A program made the translations under genes and the position numbers. From assembly GCA_963702095.1 (NCBI GenBank), contig OY969706.1:96001-160000 (forward strand): a stretch of 64,000 nt of DNA, given 5' to 3'. Source of the DNA: Candidatus Bathyarchaeota archaeon (GTDB lineage: Archaea; Thermoproteota; Bathyarchaeia; Bathyarchaeales; Bathycorpusculaceae). The notes beneath the pieces were generated by a model that made no database searches, was not told the DNA's origin, and saw only the letters and a program-made list of their open reading frames with translations. Below are positions 49,042 through 57,012 of the stretch, in pieces. Position 1 is the stretch's first letter, and each line of letters starts with the position of its first letter.

Positions 49042-49974
49042 TTAGGGTGCCTCGCTTAGTTTTAAATCAAAATAGTGCTGCCGACCGCTACGGACCGCAA
49101 AAACCCTCACAACATCGCCGACACTGCGATTATGGACTTCATCGACTAACTCCTCAATTGTCTGGGTTTGGCGGTTGCCGACCTGCACGATTATGTCGCC
49201 GTCCACCATGCCACCTGCATACGCTGGGCTGCCCAACGCCACCTTAGTCACCAACACGCCTGAATCGACGGGAAAACCATAGTAGCGGGCGATTTGCGGA
49301 GTCAAAGTTAACCCCACGATGCCCAACCAAGCCTTACGCAAGATCCCTTTAGTCAATACGTCGTTGGTGCAGCTCTTTGCCGAGTTTATGGGGATGGCAA
49401 ACCCGATGCCTTGCGCATAAGGAATAATCGCCGTGTTAATCGCCACAACTTTGCCCGAAACGTCGACGAGGGGGCCGCCGCTGTTTCCTGGGTTAATCGC
49501 CGCGTCAGTTTGCACCAGATTCTCGATTAAGCCGCGCTCGGATTCGATGGTTCGGTTTATGGCGCTGACTACGCCGCTGGTCACACTGGGTCCACCTGCC
49601 AAGCCAAAGGGGTTGCCGATGGCGAAAACACGTTGCCCCATACGCAGCTTATCAGAGTCACCCAACTGGGCAGGATGGAGGTCTTTGGCGTTGATTTTTA
49701 TGACAGCTATGTCTTGCATGACGCAGGAGCCGGCAATGGTGCCTTCGACGACTTGATTGTTGTAGAGGGTGACGTTGATTTTTTCTGCTCCTCCGACAAC
49801 GTGGTTGTTGGTTAAGATTAAGCCGTTGCCGTCGATGATGGTGCCGCTTCCCATGCCTCCGACTGGTACGGCTTGGTAGAAGATGTTATGGACTAATTTG
49901 ACGGTGGATATGTTGACTACGCTTTTACTGGTTTTTTCGATGATGTCTAGAACGGTGTTTTCGTCGTATGACAA
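49042..49974 (-). CDS. HtrA/DegP-like S1C serine protease with PDZ domain, no signal peptide
   Basis: TNNHVV, DIAV, QTDAAINPGNSGGPL; PDZ C-terminus. Confidence 0.93.
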   Translation of the reverse strand: MSYDENTVLDIIEKTSKSVVNISTVKLVHNIFYQAVPVGGMGSGTIIDGNGLILTNNHVVGGAEKINVTLYNNQVVEGTIAGSCVMQDIAVIKINAKDLHPAQLGDSDKLRMGQRVFAIGNPFGLAGGPSVTSGVVSAINRTIESERGLIENLVQTDAAINPGNSGGPLVDVSGKVVAINTAIIPYAQGIGFAIPINSAKSCTNDVLTKGILRKAWLGIVGLTLTPQIARYYGFPVDSGVLVTKVALGSPAYAGGMVDGDIIVQVGNRQTQTIEELVDEVHNRSVGDVVRVFAVRSGRQHYFDLKLSEAP

Positions 49975-50145
49975 TCTGTTTTTCCCTAAAAATGGGTAAA
50001 CGGCGTTTGTAATAAAGCTTCGAAGTCCTATTTTCTATTTTATGGGGTTGCCTATATTTGCCGACTTTCCTCTAAAGGTAAAACAAAGATATCGGAAACT
50101 TCTTAAACGCCGTTAACAACAAAAAGATAATGGGTAGTTGAACTC

Positions 50146-50373
50146 TTGAAGTATCGGTTAAGCATCCTTGTAATACTTCTCATCGCCAACATACCGCTAC
50201 TCAACACTATTAGCGTTGACCTGCACGCACCAGAAGCTCAAACCAACGCGGTGGCGGGTTTTAGTTGGGCAGAAATCGAAGTGCCCATAGTGGTGGTTGC
50301 CATAGTTGCTCTGTCGGTTGCAGTGTTTATTCTGTTGTGGAAGAAATCAGTGCCTCTGCTTGGGATGAAGTGA
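50146..50373 (+). CDS. Small membrane protein
   Basis: Two hydrophobic segments and WKK tail. Confidence 0.5.
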   Translation: MKYRLSILVILLIANIPLLNTISVDLHAPEAQTNAVAGFSWAEIEVPIVVVAIVALSVAVFILLWKKSVPLLGMK

Positions 50374-50487
50374 CGGGTCTTTTCTATGTCACCTCTTTGA
50401 GGGGAGGCGGTCGAATTCCCTGTTTAATTCCCATATTGGAAAAGGTTTAAGTGGGCAAAAACGCAGTTAATTTATGGGTAACAACAA

Positions 50488-50712
50488 ATGGGTAGAGCTA
50501 AACTGGACGAAAGAGGCAGGATCTTAATCCCCCTCGAAGAACGCCAAAAGCTTGGTCTCAAAACAGGAACCGAAGTTGACCTAATCAGAAACGACGGTGT
50601 CTTAATTTTAAAACCTATCATCCCTGAACCTCTCAGAGTGGATGCAACCCATAGAAAATGGGGCAAAGAAGCCTTTCTGGATTCGGGAGAAGCAACTTTT
50701 GGCGAACAGTAG
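50488..50712 (+). CDS. AbrB/MazE-family antitoxin
   Basis: KLDERGRILIPLEERQKLGLKTG. Confidence 0.85.
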   Translation: MGRAKLDERGRILIPLEERQKLGLKTGTEVDLIRNDGVLILKPIIPEPLRVDATHRKWGKEAFLDSGEATFGEQ

Positions 50713-51375
50713 CCCAACCGACAGGATTAACCAAGTTTGGGATGTTAACGTCTTAGCAATTTTCCTCTCCAAGGGACACCCCGGATTCGAGTATGTCTCG
50801 CCAGTTATAGAATCAGGTTTGCGAGGCGCTTATGTGCCGGTGCTTATGGATATCTTGCCTTTGAGGGCTTTTTGGGTTATGACGCATCCATGGGGATTAC
50901 CCAAAGCAGCTTGTTCTTCTGCCATCCAACACTTCATACAAGCATACGATATACCCCGATACGTCGCGTTGAGTCGAGAGACCCTCTTAGAAGGCTTCAG
51001 ACTACAAAAGAATTAAACCATGACGTTTCAGACTGCATGTATCTTGCACTTGCACAACAAGAGAAAGCTAGGCAGTATAATTACAAGGGGCAAATAGTTG
51101 TTCTTCTGACATGAAACAATTCATAGAGGGATACGGTATACCGCGATACGTCGCTTTGAATCGAGAGACCCTCTTAGAAGGCTTCAGACTAGCAAAAGAA
51201 TTAAACCATGACGTTTCAGACTGCATGTATCTTGCACTTGCACAACAAGAGAAAAGCTAGCAGTATAATTACAACAGACACAGATTTTTATAGGCTCTGC
51301 AGGCATGTCGGCTTAAAATACGTTAATCCAGTTCCAAGAGACATACTCAAACGTTTTAGGGAACAGAACAAATAG
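50699..51375 (+). pseudogene. PIN-domain (VapC) toxin disrupted by an internal ~187 bp tandem duplication and frameshifts
   Basis: WDVNVL, HDVSDCMYLALA and IITTDTDF motifs spread across frames. Confidence 0.7.
50911..51274 (+). repeat. Tandem duplication (50911-51086 / 51098-51274)
   Basis: Near-identical GAGAGACCCTCTTAGAAGGCTTCAGACTA...CAGTATAATTACAA blocks. Confidence 0.9.
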
Positions 51376-51383
51376 TCGGTTGT

Positions 51384-51761
51384 TCAGCGGCAGAAGAAGC
51401 ATTTTTCCGCCCATTCAGCGGTCATTTCCTTCTGGCATTTGGGGCACATTAAGCCTCTTTCGCGGATGGCAGTGCAGGTTTTGCAGAACAACTCCAGCAC
51501 CTTGGCTTTGTCGGCGGGTTGTTTTATCAGTGAGGTTACCATTTCGTCGATTAGGGTGAGGACTTCTTGGGTGTTTTCGATGGATATGAGGTTGTGCCCT
51601 CTTTCTCTGCCGACGTAGCGGCTGACTGCGGATTGTGAGAGTCCTAAGAGGTTGGCGGTTTGTTTTTCGCTGTAGCCGTGTTTTTGGACTATGGAGCGTG
51701 CCATGATGGCTTTGACTGCTGGAAGCACGGTTTTGACTCCTATTTCGCATGGTAATATCAC
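51384..51761 (-). CDS. HTH transcriptional regulator with Cys-rich C-terminus
   Basis: PCE..LPA, LGLSQSAVSRY, CxxC/CxxC/CxxC. Confidence 0.8.
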   Translation of the reverse strand: MILPCEIGVKTVLPAVKAIMARSIVQKHGYSEKQTANLLGLSQSAVSRYVGRERGHNLISIENTQEVLTLIDEMVTSLIKQPADKAKVLELFCKTCTAIRERGLMCPKCQKEMTAEWAEKCFFCR

Positions 51762-51823
51762 TTTGAGTTATGCCCCTTTTCTGCCCTGAATATGTACACT
51801 TTTGTGGGGTAACTTATTTAAGT

Positions 51824-51856
51824 ATGACGCCTGTCATTGACTATGACGCGTGTCAA
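51824..51856. promoter_or_regulatory. Tandem palindromic operator (ATGAC-N4-GTCAW x2) immediately after a TATA box
   Basis: ATGACGCCTGTCAT 51824-51837 and ATGACGCGTGTCAA 51843-51856, following TTATTTAAGT. Confidence 0.65.
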
Positions 51857-51939
51857 GACGGGCTATCAATCGCAAACAACTCTAAACCCACCACCCTCAC
51901 TCCTTCCCCGCCCTGACACACGCAAAGGAGAACAAAAAA

Positions 51940-52881
51940 ATGGGCAACGTCCTCCAACCAACCCACAACGGCGAAAAACGCGACCTCACAACCATGCTAA
52001 AAACACTTGACTCCGAATGCCGAAACTGCGCCCCAACCTCACCGCTCGAATGCATAAACCGCTGCCAAGTCTACAAACTAAAAAATGAACTGCGAAAACT
52101 AAGAGAAGCCATGGATAACCCCAACTACATGAAAGAATTATTCAACGTCCTAAAAAACGAAACCAGACTCCACATCCTAAAAGCCATAGTTAACGGCAGA
52201 TACTCTGTCAGCCAACTCCAACAGGAACTCAAAAGACAGGGCCACTCGCACAGCCAAGACACCATAAGCGAAGAGTACATCCAACCCCTCATGGCAGTGG
52301 GTTTAGCCAACGAATCAAGAGAAGAATACTATGCCACCCACTTCGGCGGACGCTTAACCGAAATCCTCGCCTATTTCCCAGAATTTGCCGATGTACTGCC
52401 CGCACATTCAGAATGCTATGAAGAAACGCTTCTTAGAGCACTCTCCGCTGGACCGAAAACATTCGAAGACATAGAAGCCGTGGTTTCTCCAAAAATAGCC
52501 TCCAGAATACTAAAACGCCTACGTGAAGTCGGCTTAATCGAAACACCCGAAGAACGCGACTACATTTTCTTCTTTAAATCCAAACGTAACCCCGACAAAG
52601 AAACCTTCACTGGCACAGAACGGAAAGTCTACGACACCCTACACAACGAAGGCATCTCCGCTGGAAAACTATCCAAAGAGATGGGTTTGTCTATGAGACG
52701 CACCTACAAGTACCTGCGGGGATTGAAAGGAAAAAAACTTGTGTTCGTAAGAAAAACCCCCAAAGCCTACGGGTTAACCTGTAAAGGTGAAATGTTAGCC
52801 TCGGTGCTTGAGGGACTGCAAAAGGTAGTGGAGGAAACTTGGAGTTCCTCCCAGCAAGTCTTCTGCGGCACCAACGCATAA
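51940..52881 (+). CDS. Multi-winged-helix protein with N-terminal Cys cluster
   Basis: CRNC..C..RC, then ArsR-like LKNETRLHIL and further wHTH repeats. Confidence 0.7.
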   Translation: MGNVLQPTHNGEKRDLTTMLKTLDSECRNCAPTSPLECINRCQVYKLKNELRKLREAMDNPNYMKELFNVLKNETRLHILKAIVNGRYSVSQLQQELKRQGHSHSQDTISEEYIQPLMAVGLANESREEYYATHFGGRLTEILAYFPEFADVLPAHSECYEETLLRALSAGPKTFEDIEAVVSPKIASRILKRLREVGLIETPEERDYIFFFKSKRNPDKETFTGTERKVYDTLHNEGISAGKLSKEMGLSMRRTYKYLRGLKGKKLVFVRKTPKAYGLTCKGEMLASVLEGLQKVVEETWSSSQQVFCGTNA

Positions 52882-52889
52882 GCCTTGTT

Positions 52890-53375
52890 TTAGCCGCCGC
52901 CTGGCGCGCCGTGGAAAGGCACGTTCTCCCAGAGCATTTTCCACCAGTCGTCTTCCGTTATGGTTTCTCCATGCACAATTATTTCCAAAGTCATCTTCAA
53001 CATGGCATGGTGGCGTATCTCGTCTTCGAGGATAGCTTTTAGGAGGAAAACGACTTTTTCATTTTTAATTTCTGGGATTTTTTCTTTGAGAATTTTTATG
53101 AGTTGGGCTTCGATTTCGATGTGTTTCTGTATGAGTGCTTTGTGGGTTTCGAGGTCTTCCTGCTTCAACGCGGTAGATGCGCTGGTCAGCAAAGTTATCG
53201 CTGAAGTGTAGAGTTCGGCATGCTTCACCGAATCCAACGAGACACCCTTCAATACGCCTTTGACAGCGGGGTTTTTCATATCCACCAACGCTTTCTCAAG
53301 GGACGCCACTATTTCTTTTTCTACAACTACTTGGTGCTTCAAGAATTCAATGAGATTATCGTCCTTTTTTTCCAT
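52890..53375 (-). CDS. Ferritin-like/rubrerythrin-like four-helix bundle protein
   Basis: E..DSVKHA and E..DEIRHH di-iron motifs. Confidence 0.8.
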   Translation of the reverse strand: MEKKDDNLIEFLKHQVVVEKEIVASLEKALVDMKNPAVKGVLKGVSLDSVKHAELYTSAITLLTSASTALKQEDLETHKALIQKHIEIEAQLIKILKEKIPEIKNEKVVFLLKAILEDEIRHHAMLKMTLEIIVHGETITEDDWWKMLWENVPFHGAPGGG

Positions 53376-53398
53376 AGAATTACCCACAGCGTTTAATG

Positions 53399-53842
53399 TT
53401 AAACCAGATTCTTCAAGCTTTCGGATACCCTTTTCCCCAGGTCTCGACATGCGTCGAGAGCGGCTTGGTCGGGAATATATTTGACGTTTATCGGCGCCTC
53501 AGTGATTTGCATCTCAAACTTTGACTGCATGATGTCCTGCATCACTTTGGTTGCCTCTCCACTCCAGCCATAAGAGCCGAAGACCGCTCCGATTTTACCC
53601 TTCAAACTTATGCCTTGTGCCCCAGCTTCTTCGAAGAGGTTTTTGAAGTCCATCGGTATCTCTTTGCGGTAAGTTGGCGCGCCCACTATGATTGCGTCGT
53701 AACCAGTCAAATCTTTGGGTTCCACATGGTAGTCCAATTGCACTTCTACGCCGTTGACGCTTTGGGCACCTTCTGCGACGGCTTTAGCCATCTTCTCAGT
53801 GTTTCCACTGCGGCTATAATACAATACAAGTACTTTCTTCAT
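53399..53842 (-). CDS. Flavodoxin
   Basis: YYSRSGNTEKMA, GAPTY, FGSYGWSGEA. Confidence 0.92.
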   Translation of the reverse strand: MKKVLVLYYSRSGNTEKMAKAVAEGAQSVNGVEVQLDYHVEPKDLTGYDAIIVGAPTYRKEIPMDFKNLFEEAGAQGISLKGKIGAVFGSYGWSGEATKVMQDIMQSKFEMQITEAPINVKYIPDQAALDACRDLGKRVSESLKNLV

Positions 53843-53904
53843 AACACCAAATAAGCGCTAAAATATATTTCAATGTTTTGAAAAACTAAAAGGAAAAAGC
53901 GGCA

Positions 53905-54153
53905 TCAAAGCTTAACCGTTGTGTAACTTTTCGGTTTGCCTCCTTTAGCCGCTTTGTTTTCTCTGCTTTCGCCACCCTTTTGTCCAATCGCCCGGTAAAA
54001 CTCTGAACCCCGCTGCTCAGCCACTTTTTCACCGCCCTTCTTTCCAATCTGACGATAGAATTCCGAGCCTCTTTCTCTAGCAACTTTTTCTCCTCCGATT
54101 CTGCCGGCTTCCTGTCGAGTCATTTTTCTTTTCTCTTCATTTTTGGTCGACAA
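53905..54153 (-). CDS. KGG-repeat stress protein (GsiB/Em-like), copy 6
   Basis: GGAGGTGA RBS, TTG start; MTRQEAGRIGG, EFYRQIGKKGG x2. Confidence 0.88.
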   Translation of the reverse strand: MSTKNEEKRKMTRQEAGRIGGEKVARERGSEFYRQIGKKGGEKVAEQRGSEFYRAIGQKGGESRENKAAKGGKPKSYTTVKL

Positions 54154-54282
54154 TTCCTTTTCACCTCCGAAACAAAAACTATCTATGTCTAATCTTTTAG
54201 AAAGCCTGTGGTTCATCGAGTAATTGTAAACATGTGTAATCAGGGCTAAACCACATGACGGAAAACCAAAAAACAATAAAAC

Positions 54283-54567
54283 TTATTCTATTTTGCCTAT
54301 TTCCTTAGTTATATCGATAGGCGAATGATAGGTTTTATCAGGAAGCTTATTTATTAGGTTCATGACGTCGTCGGGTGCTTCCTTGTTTTGTGCGTTGGTG
54401 ACTAATTTCTGTTTTTCCGCTGGGTAATGCATGCCCGCTAAGTATTTTTCGACGATTGCTGGGCTAACATGCCCCGATCTGCCGCTGCGGTCGGTGTATT
54501 GCCTTCTTGTTCCTCTGCCTTGGCCTATGCCTCGACGTCGTGCGGTGGTTACTTCTGTGTCACTCGT
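54283..54567 (-). CDS. DUF2795-domain protein (94 aa) with apparent ACG start
   Basis: GGAGGTG RBS; VSPAIVEKYLAGMHYPAEKQKLV..A....APDDVMNLINKLPDKTYHSP. Confidence 0.75.
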   Translation of the reverse strand, partial: TSDTEVTTARRRGIGQGRGTRRQYTDRSGRSGHVSPAIVEKYLAGMHYPAEKQKLVTNAQNKEAPDDVMNLINKLPDKTYHSPIDITKEIGKIE

Positions 54568-54632
54568 TGTGTTCCACCTCCGATTTTGTTAAAAAATAAA
54601 TTTGGGAAAAGAAAGGAAAGAGAAGGCTTATT

Positions 54633-54800
54633 TTATTCATTTTCGTATTCCTTTCCTTCTTCGATGAGTTTTTTGACTTTTTGACCGCCTTTGTGACCGA
54701 TTTCACTGTAGAATTCTTCTCCATGGGTTTCAGAGGTTTTTTCACCTCCCATGCGGCCAGCTTCTTCAACGGTCATTTTTCCTTTCTTTTTATCAGACAA
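54633..54800 (-). CDS. KGG-repeat stress protein, copy 5 (55 aa)
   Basis: GGAGGTGA RBS, TTG; MSDKKKGKMTVEEAGRMGGEKTSETHGEEFYSEIGHKGGQKV; not in the ORF track. Confidence 0.88.
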   Translation of the reverse strand: MSDKKKGKMTVEEAGRMGGEKTSETHGEEFYSEIGHKGGQKVKKLIEEGKEYENE

Positions 54801-54852
54801 TCAATTTTCACCTCCATAAACTCGACTTGGGAACAACTCTGATAGAAACCGG

Positions 54853-55035
54853 TTATTCTTCTTCGTGCTCCTTTCCTTCTTGGATTAGCCTTCGGACTTT
54901 TTGCCCACCTTTGTGTCCAATTTCCTCGTAGAATTCTCTGCCATGGGTTTCAGCGGTTCTCCGCCCACCTTTTTGACCGCCCATGCGACCAGCTTCTTCA
55001 ACGCTCATTGTTCCCTTTTTCCGTTCATCAGCCAA
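54853..55035 (-). CDS. KGG-repeat stress protein, copy 4
   Basis: GGAGGTGA RBS, TTG; MSVEEAGRMGGQKGG..THGREFYEEIGHKGG. Confidence 0.88.
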   Translation of the reverse strand: MADERKKGTMSVEEAGRMGGQKGGRRTAETHGREFYEEIGHKGGQKVRRLIQEGKEHEEE

Positions 55036-55107
55036 CAAATTCACCTCCTATTGGCGAACAAATAATTCAAAGGATAGCCTGTTCCTTTCAAAAGGGATTT
55101 TTAGAAG

Positions 55108-55359
55108 TTACTCTTCTTCGTGTTCTTTGCCTTCCTCGATTAGTTTCCTCACGCGTTGTCCGCCTCTGTGTCCTGCTTCTTCTAGGCTGGTTTTGCCCTT
55201 TGCCTCGGTTGTGCCTTCATGTTGCTTTGCGCGTTCTGATCCGCCTTTGCTTCCGATTTCGCTGTAGAATTCTGGTCCGTGAGTTTCAGAGGTTTTCTCT
55301 CCTCCCATGCGGCCAGCTTCTTCAACGGTCATCTTTCCTTTCTTTTTGTCTTCGTTCAA
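55108..55359 (-). CDS. KGG-repeat stress protein, copy 3
   Basis: GGAGGTGA RBS, TTG; THGPEFYSEIGSKGG. Confidence 0.88.
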   Translation of the reverse strand: MNEDKKKGKMTVEEAGRMGGEKTSETHGPEFYSEIGSKGGSERAKQHEGTTEAKGKTSLEEAGHRGGQRVRKLIEEGKEHEEE

Positions 55360-55541
55360 ACATTTCACCTCCAAAAAAAGTTAAACGGTAGCTTTTCTTC
55401 ATTGTCCTAGCCCAAAGCAAACTTCATAAAGATATGTGGCTGTCCTTTTACAGCAACAGCAAAAAAAATCCTAATTTAACTATAAATCATCTATATTTCG
55501 ATAAAAAAGAAAAACAATTTGGGAGGGATACAATCCATCAG

Positions 55542-55730
55542 TTACTCTTCTTCGTGAGCTTTGCCTTCCTCTATCAGTTTTCGAACTCGTTGCCCGCCTT
55601 TTGGTCCACCGATTCTTCCGCCTTTGCGTCCTATTTCACTGTAGAATTCTTCTCCGTGTGTTTCAGAAGTTTTAAGTCCTCCTCTGCGACCTGCCTCTTC
55701 GACTGTCATTTTCCCTTTTTTCTCCTCCAA
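55542..55730 (-). CDS. KGG-repeat stress protein, copy 2
   Basis: GGAGGTGA RBS, TTG; THGEEFYSEIGRKGG. Confidence 0.88.
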   Translation of the reverse strand: MEEKKGKMTVEEAGRRGGLKTSETHGEEFYSEIGRKGGRIGGPKGGQRVRKLIEEGKAHEEE

Positions 55731-55805
55731 AAAATTCACCTCCATTAAAAAATTAAATTAAATTATAGAAAAACAAGCATTAACTTTTTAAAAGCTACTT
55801 TTTGC

Positions 55806-56123
55806 TTAGTCGCCTTCATGCTCCTTTCCTGCTTGGATTAGGCGTCGAACGCGTTGTCCGCCTCTGTGTCCTGCTTCTTCTAGGCTGGTTTTGCCCTCTG
55901 CCTCGGCTGTGCCTTCATGTTGCTTTGCGCGTTCTGATCCGCCTTTGCTTCCGATTTCGCTGTAGAATTCTGGTCCGCGTTCAGATGAGACTTTTTCTCC
56001 TCCTTTGCGTCCGATTTCCTCGTAGAATTCGCGGCCGTGGGTTGAAGCGGTTTTTTGCCCTCCTTTTCGTCCTGCCTCTGCAACGGTCATTTTGCCTTTT
56101 CTTTCTTCAGTTCGTGTACTCAA
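55806..56123 (-). CDS. KGG-repeat stress protein, copy 1
   Basis: GGAGGTGA RBS, TTG; MTVAEAGRKGG, EFYEEIGRKGG, EFYSEIGSKGG. Confidence 0.9.
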   Translation of the reverse strand: MSTRTEERKGKMTVAEAGRKGGQKTASTHGREFYEEIGRKGGEKVSSERGPEFYSEIGSKGGSERAKQHEGTAEAEGKTSLEEAGHRGGQRVRRLIQAGKEHEGD

Positions 56124-56319
56124 AAAATTCACCTCCTACTATACTACGGAAAAGTAAACAAGAATAGAGCCGAATAACCGCTCATAAACATATGTTGTTG
56201 TCGGATGGCAGTAACATGCCAACTCAGCCACCGCAGAAGTACAAAAGCATGTATATTTACACAAAAAACAGCTAACAATATGGATGCTGAGGAGAATGCT
56301 GTGGAGGAGTTACCTTAAA

Positions 56320-56470
56320 TTTGGCTTTGTTTTGGCTTTTTGTATTGTTTGTTGCTGCAGAAAACCGCCTATACACAACAACAACCAATGGTTTGAGGGA
56401 AACGTTGGTTTTGGCGGCTGATTGAGGACCAGGCTGTGAGCTTGTTGTGGCTGATTTGGCAAGCAGAGCG
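56320..56470 (-). repeat. Intergenic repeat family B, copy B3
   Basis: Reverse complement CAAACCATTGGTTGTTGTTGTGTATAGGCG..CAGCAACAA matches B1. Confidence 0.75.
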
Positions 56471-56586
56471 AAATCACCCATCACCCACAGCAACCAAACC
56501 GACTTCACAGCCTTCATAAAAAACCAAAACAACCAACAAACCCACAACACCGACCAACACAAACCTAAAACACGTAACTATAGTGT

Positions 56587-56943
56587 TTGAAGGTTGTGGC
56601 GGCGTTGAAGTTGTGGTGTGATCGTGGTTATCGGGAGGTGGAGTTTAGTGTGCCGTTGACGTGGGGTAGGAAAAAGTTTTTTGTTGATGTTTTGGCGAGG
56701 AAGGGGGATGGGGTGGTTGGGGTTGAGTGTATGCCGAGCCTTAATTTGGGGTGGTTGCGTGGGCGGATGGTGTTGTTGCGTCGCTGTTTGGGTCCAGACA
56801 CATATTTTGTTATTGTTTTTCCCTCAACGGTGGGTAAGCGGGTGGATAGGGCTGCTTTTTTGGCTGATAAGGTCTGGGTGACCGACGAGGACAACGGCAA
56901 GGTGGAGCGTATGATGTTTGTTTCGGTCTGTCACAAAGAATAG
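56587..56943 (+). CDS. Possible PD-(D/E)XK nuclease-fold protein (start uncertain)
   Basis: GY.EVEF..VDV.A....VGVEC pattern; N-terminus may extend upstream across a frameshift. Confidence 0.45.
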   Translation: MKVVAALKLWCDRGYREVEFSVPLTWGRKKFFVDVLARKGDGVVGVECMPSLNLGWLRGRMVLLRRCLGPDTYFVIVFPSTVGKRVDRAAFLADKVWVTDEDNGKVERMMFVSVCHKE

Positions 56944-57012
56944 AGAGAACCCGCTGGTTTCAGCAATTTAAATATCAGGCAGGAGCAACGATATAGCCTG
57001 TGGGTGCACTCA

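Noticed and set aside
53905-56123. Possible CRISPR array suggested by periodic repeats
   Set aside because: The repeats are coding KGG modules with synonymous variation, have no constant repeat-spacer period, and no cas genes are present.
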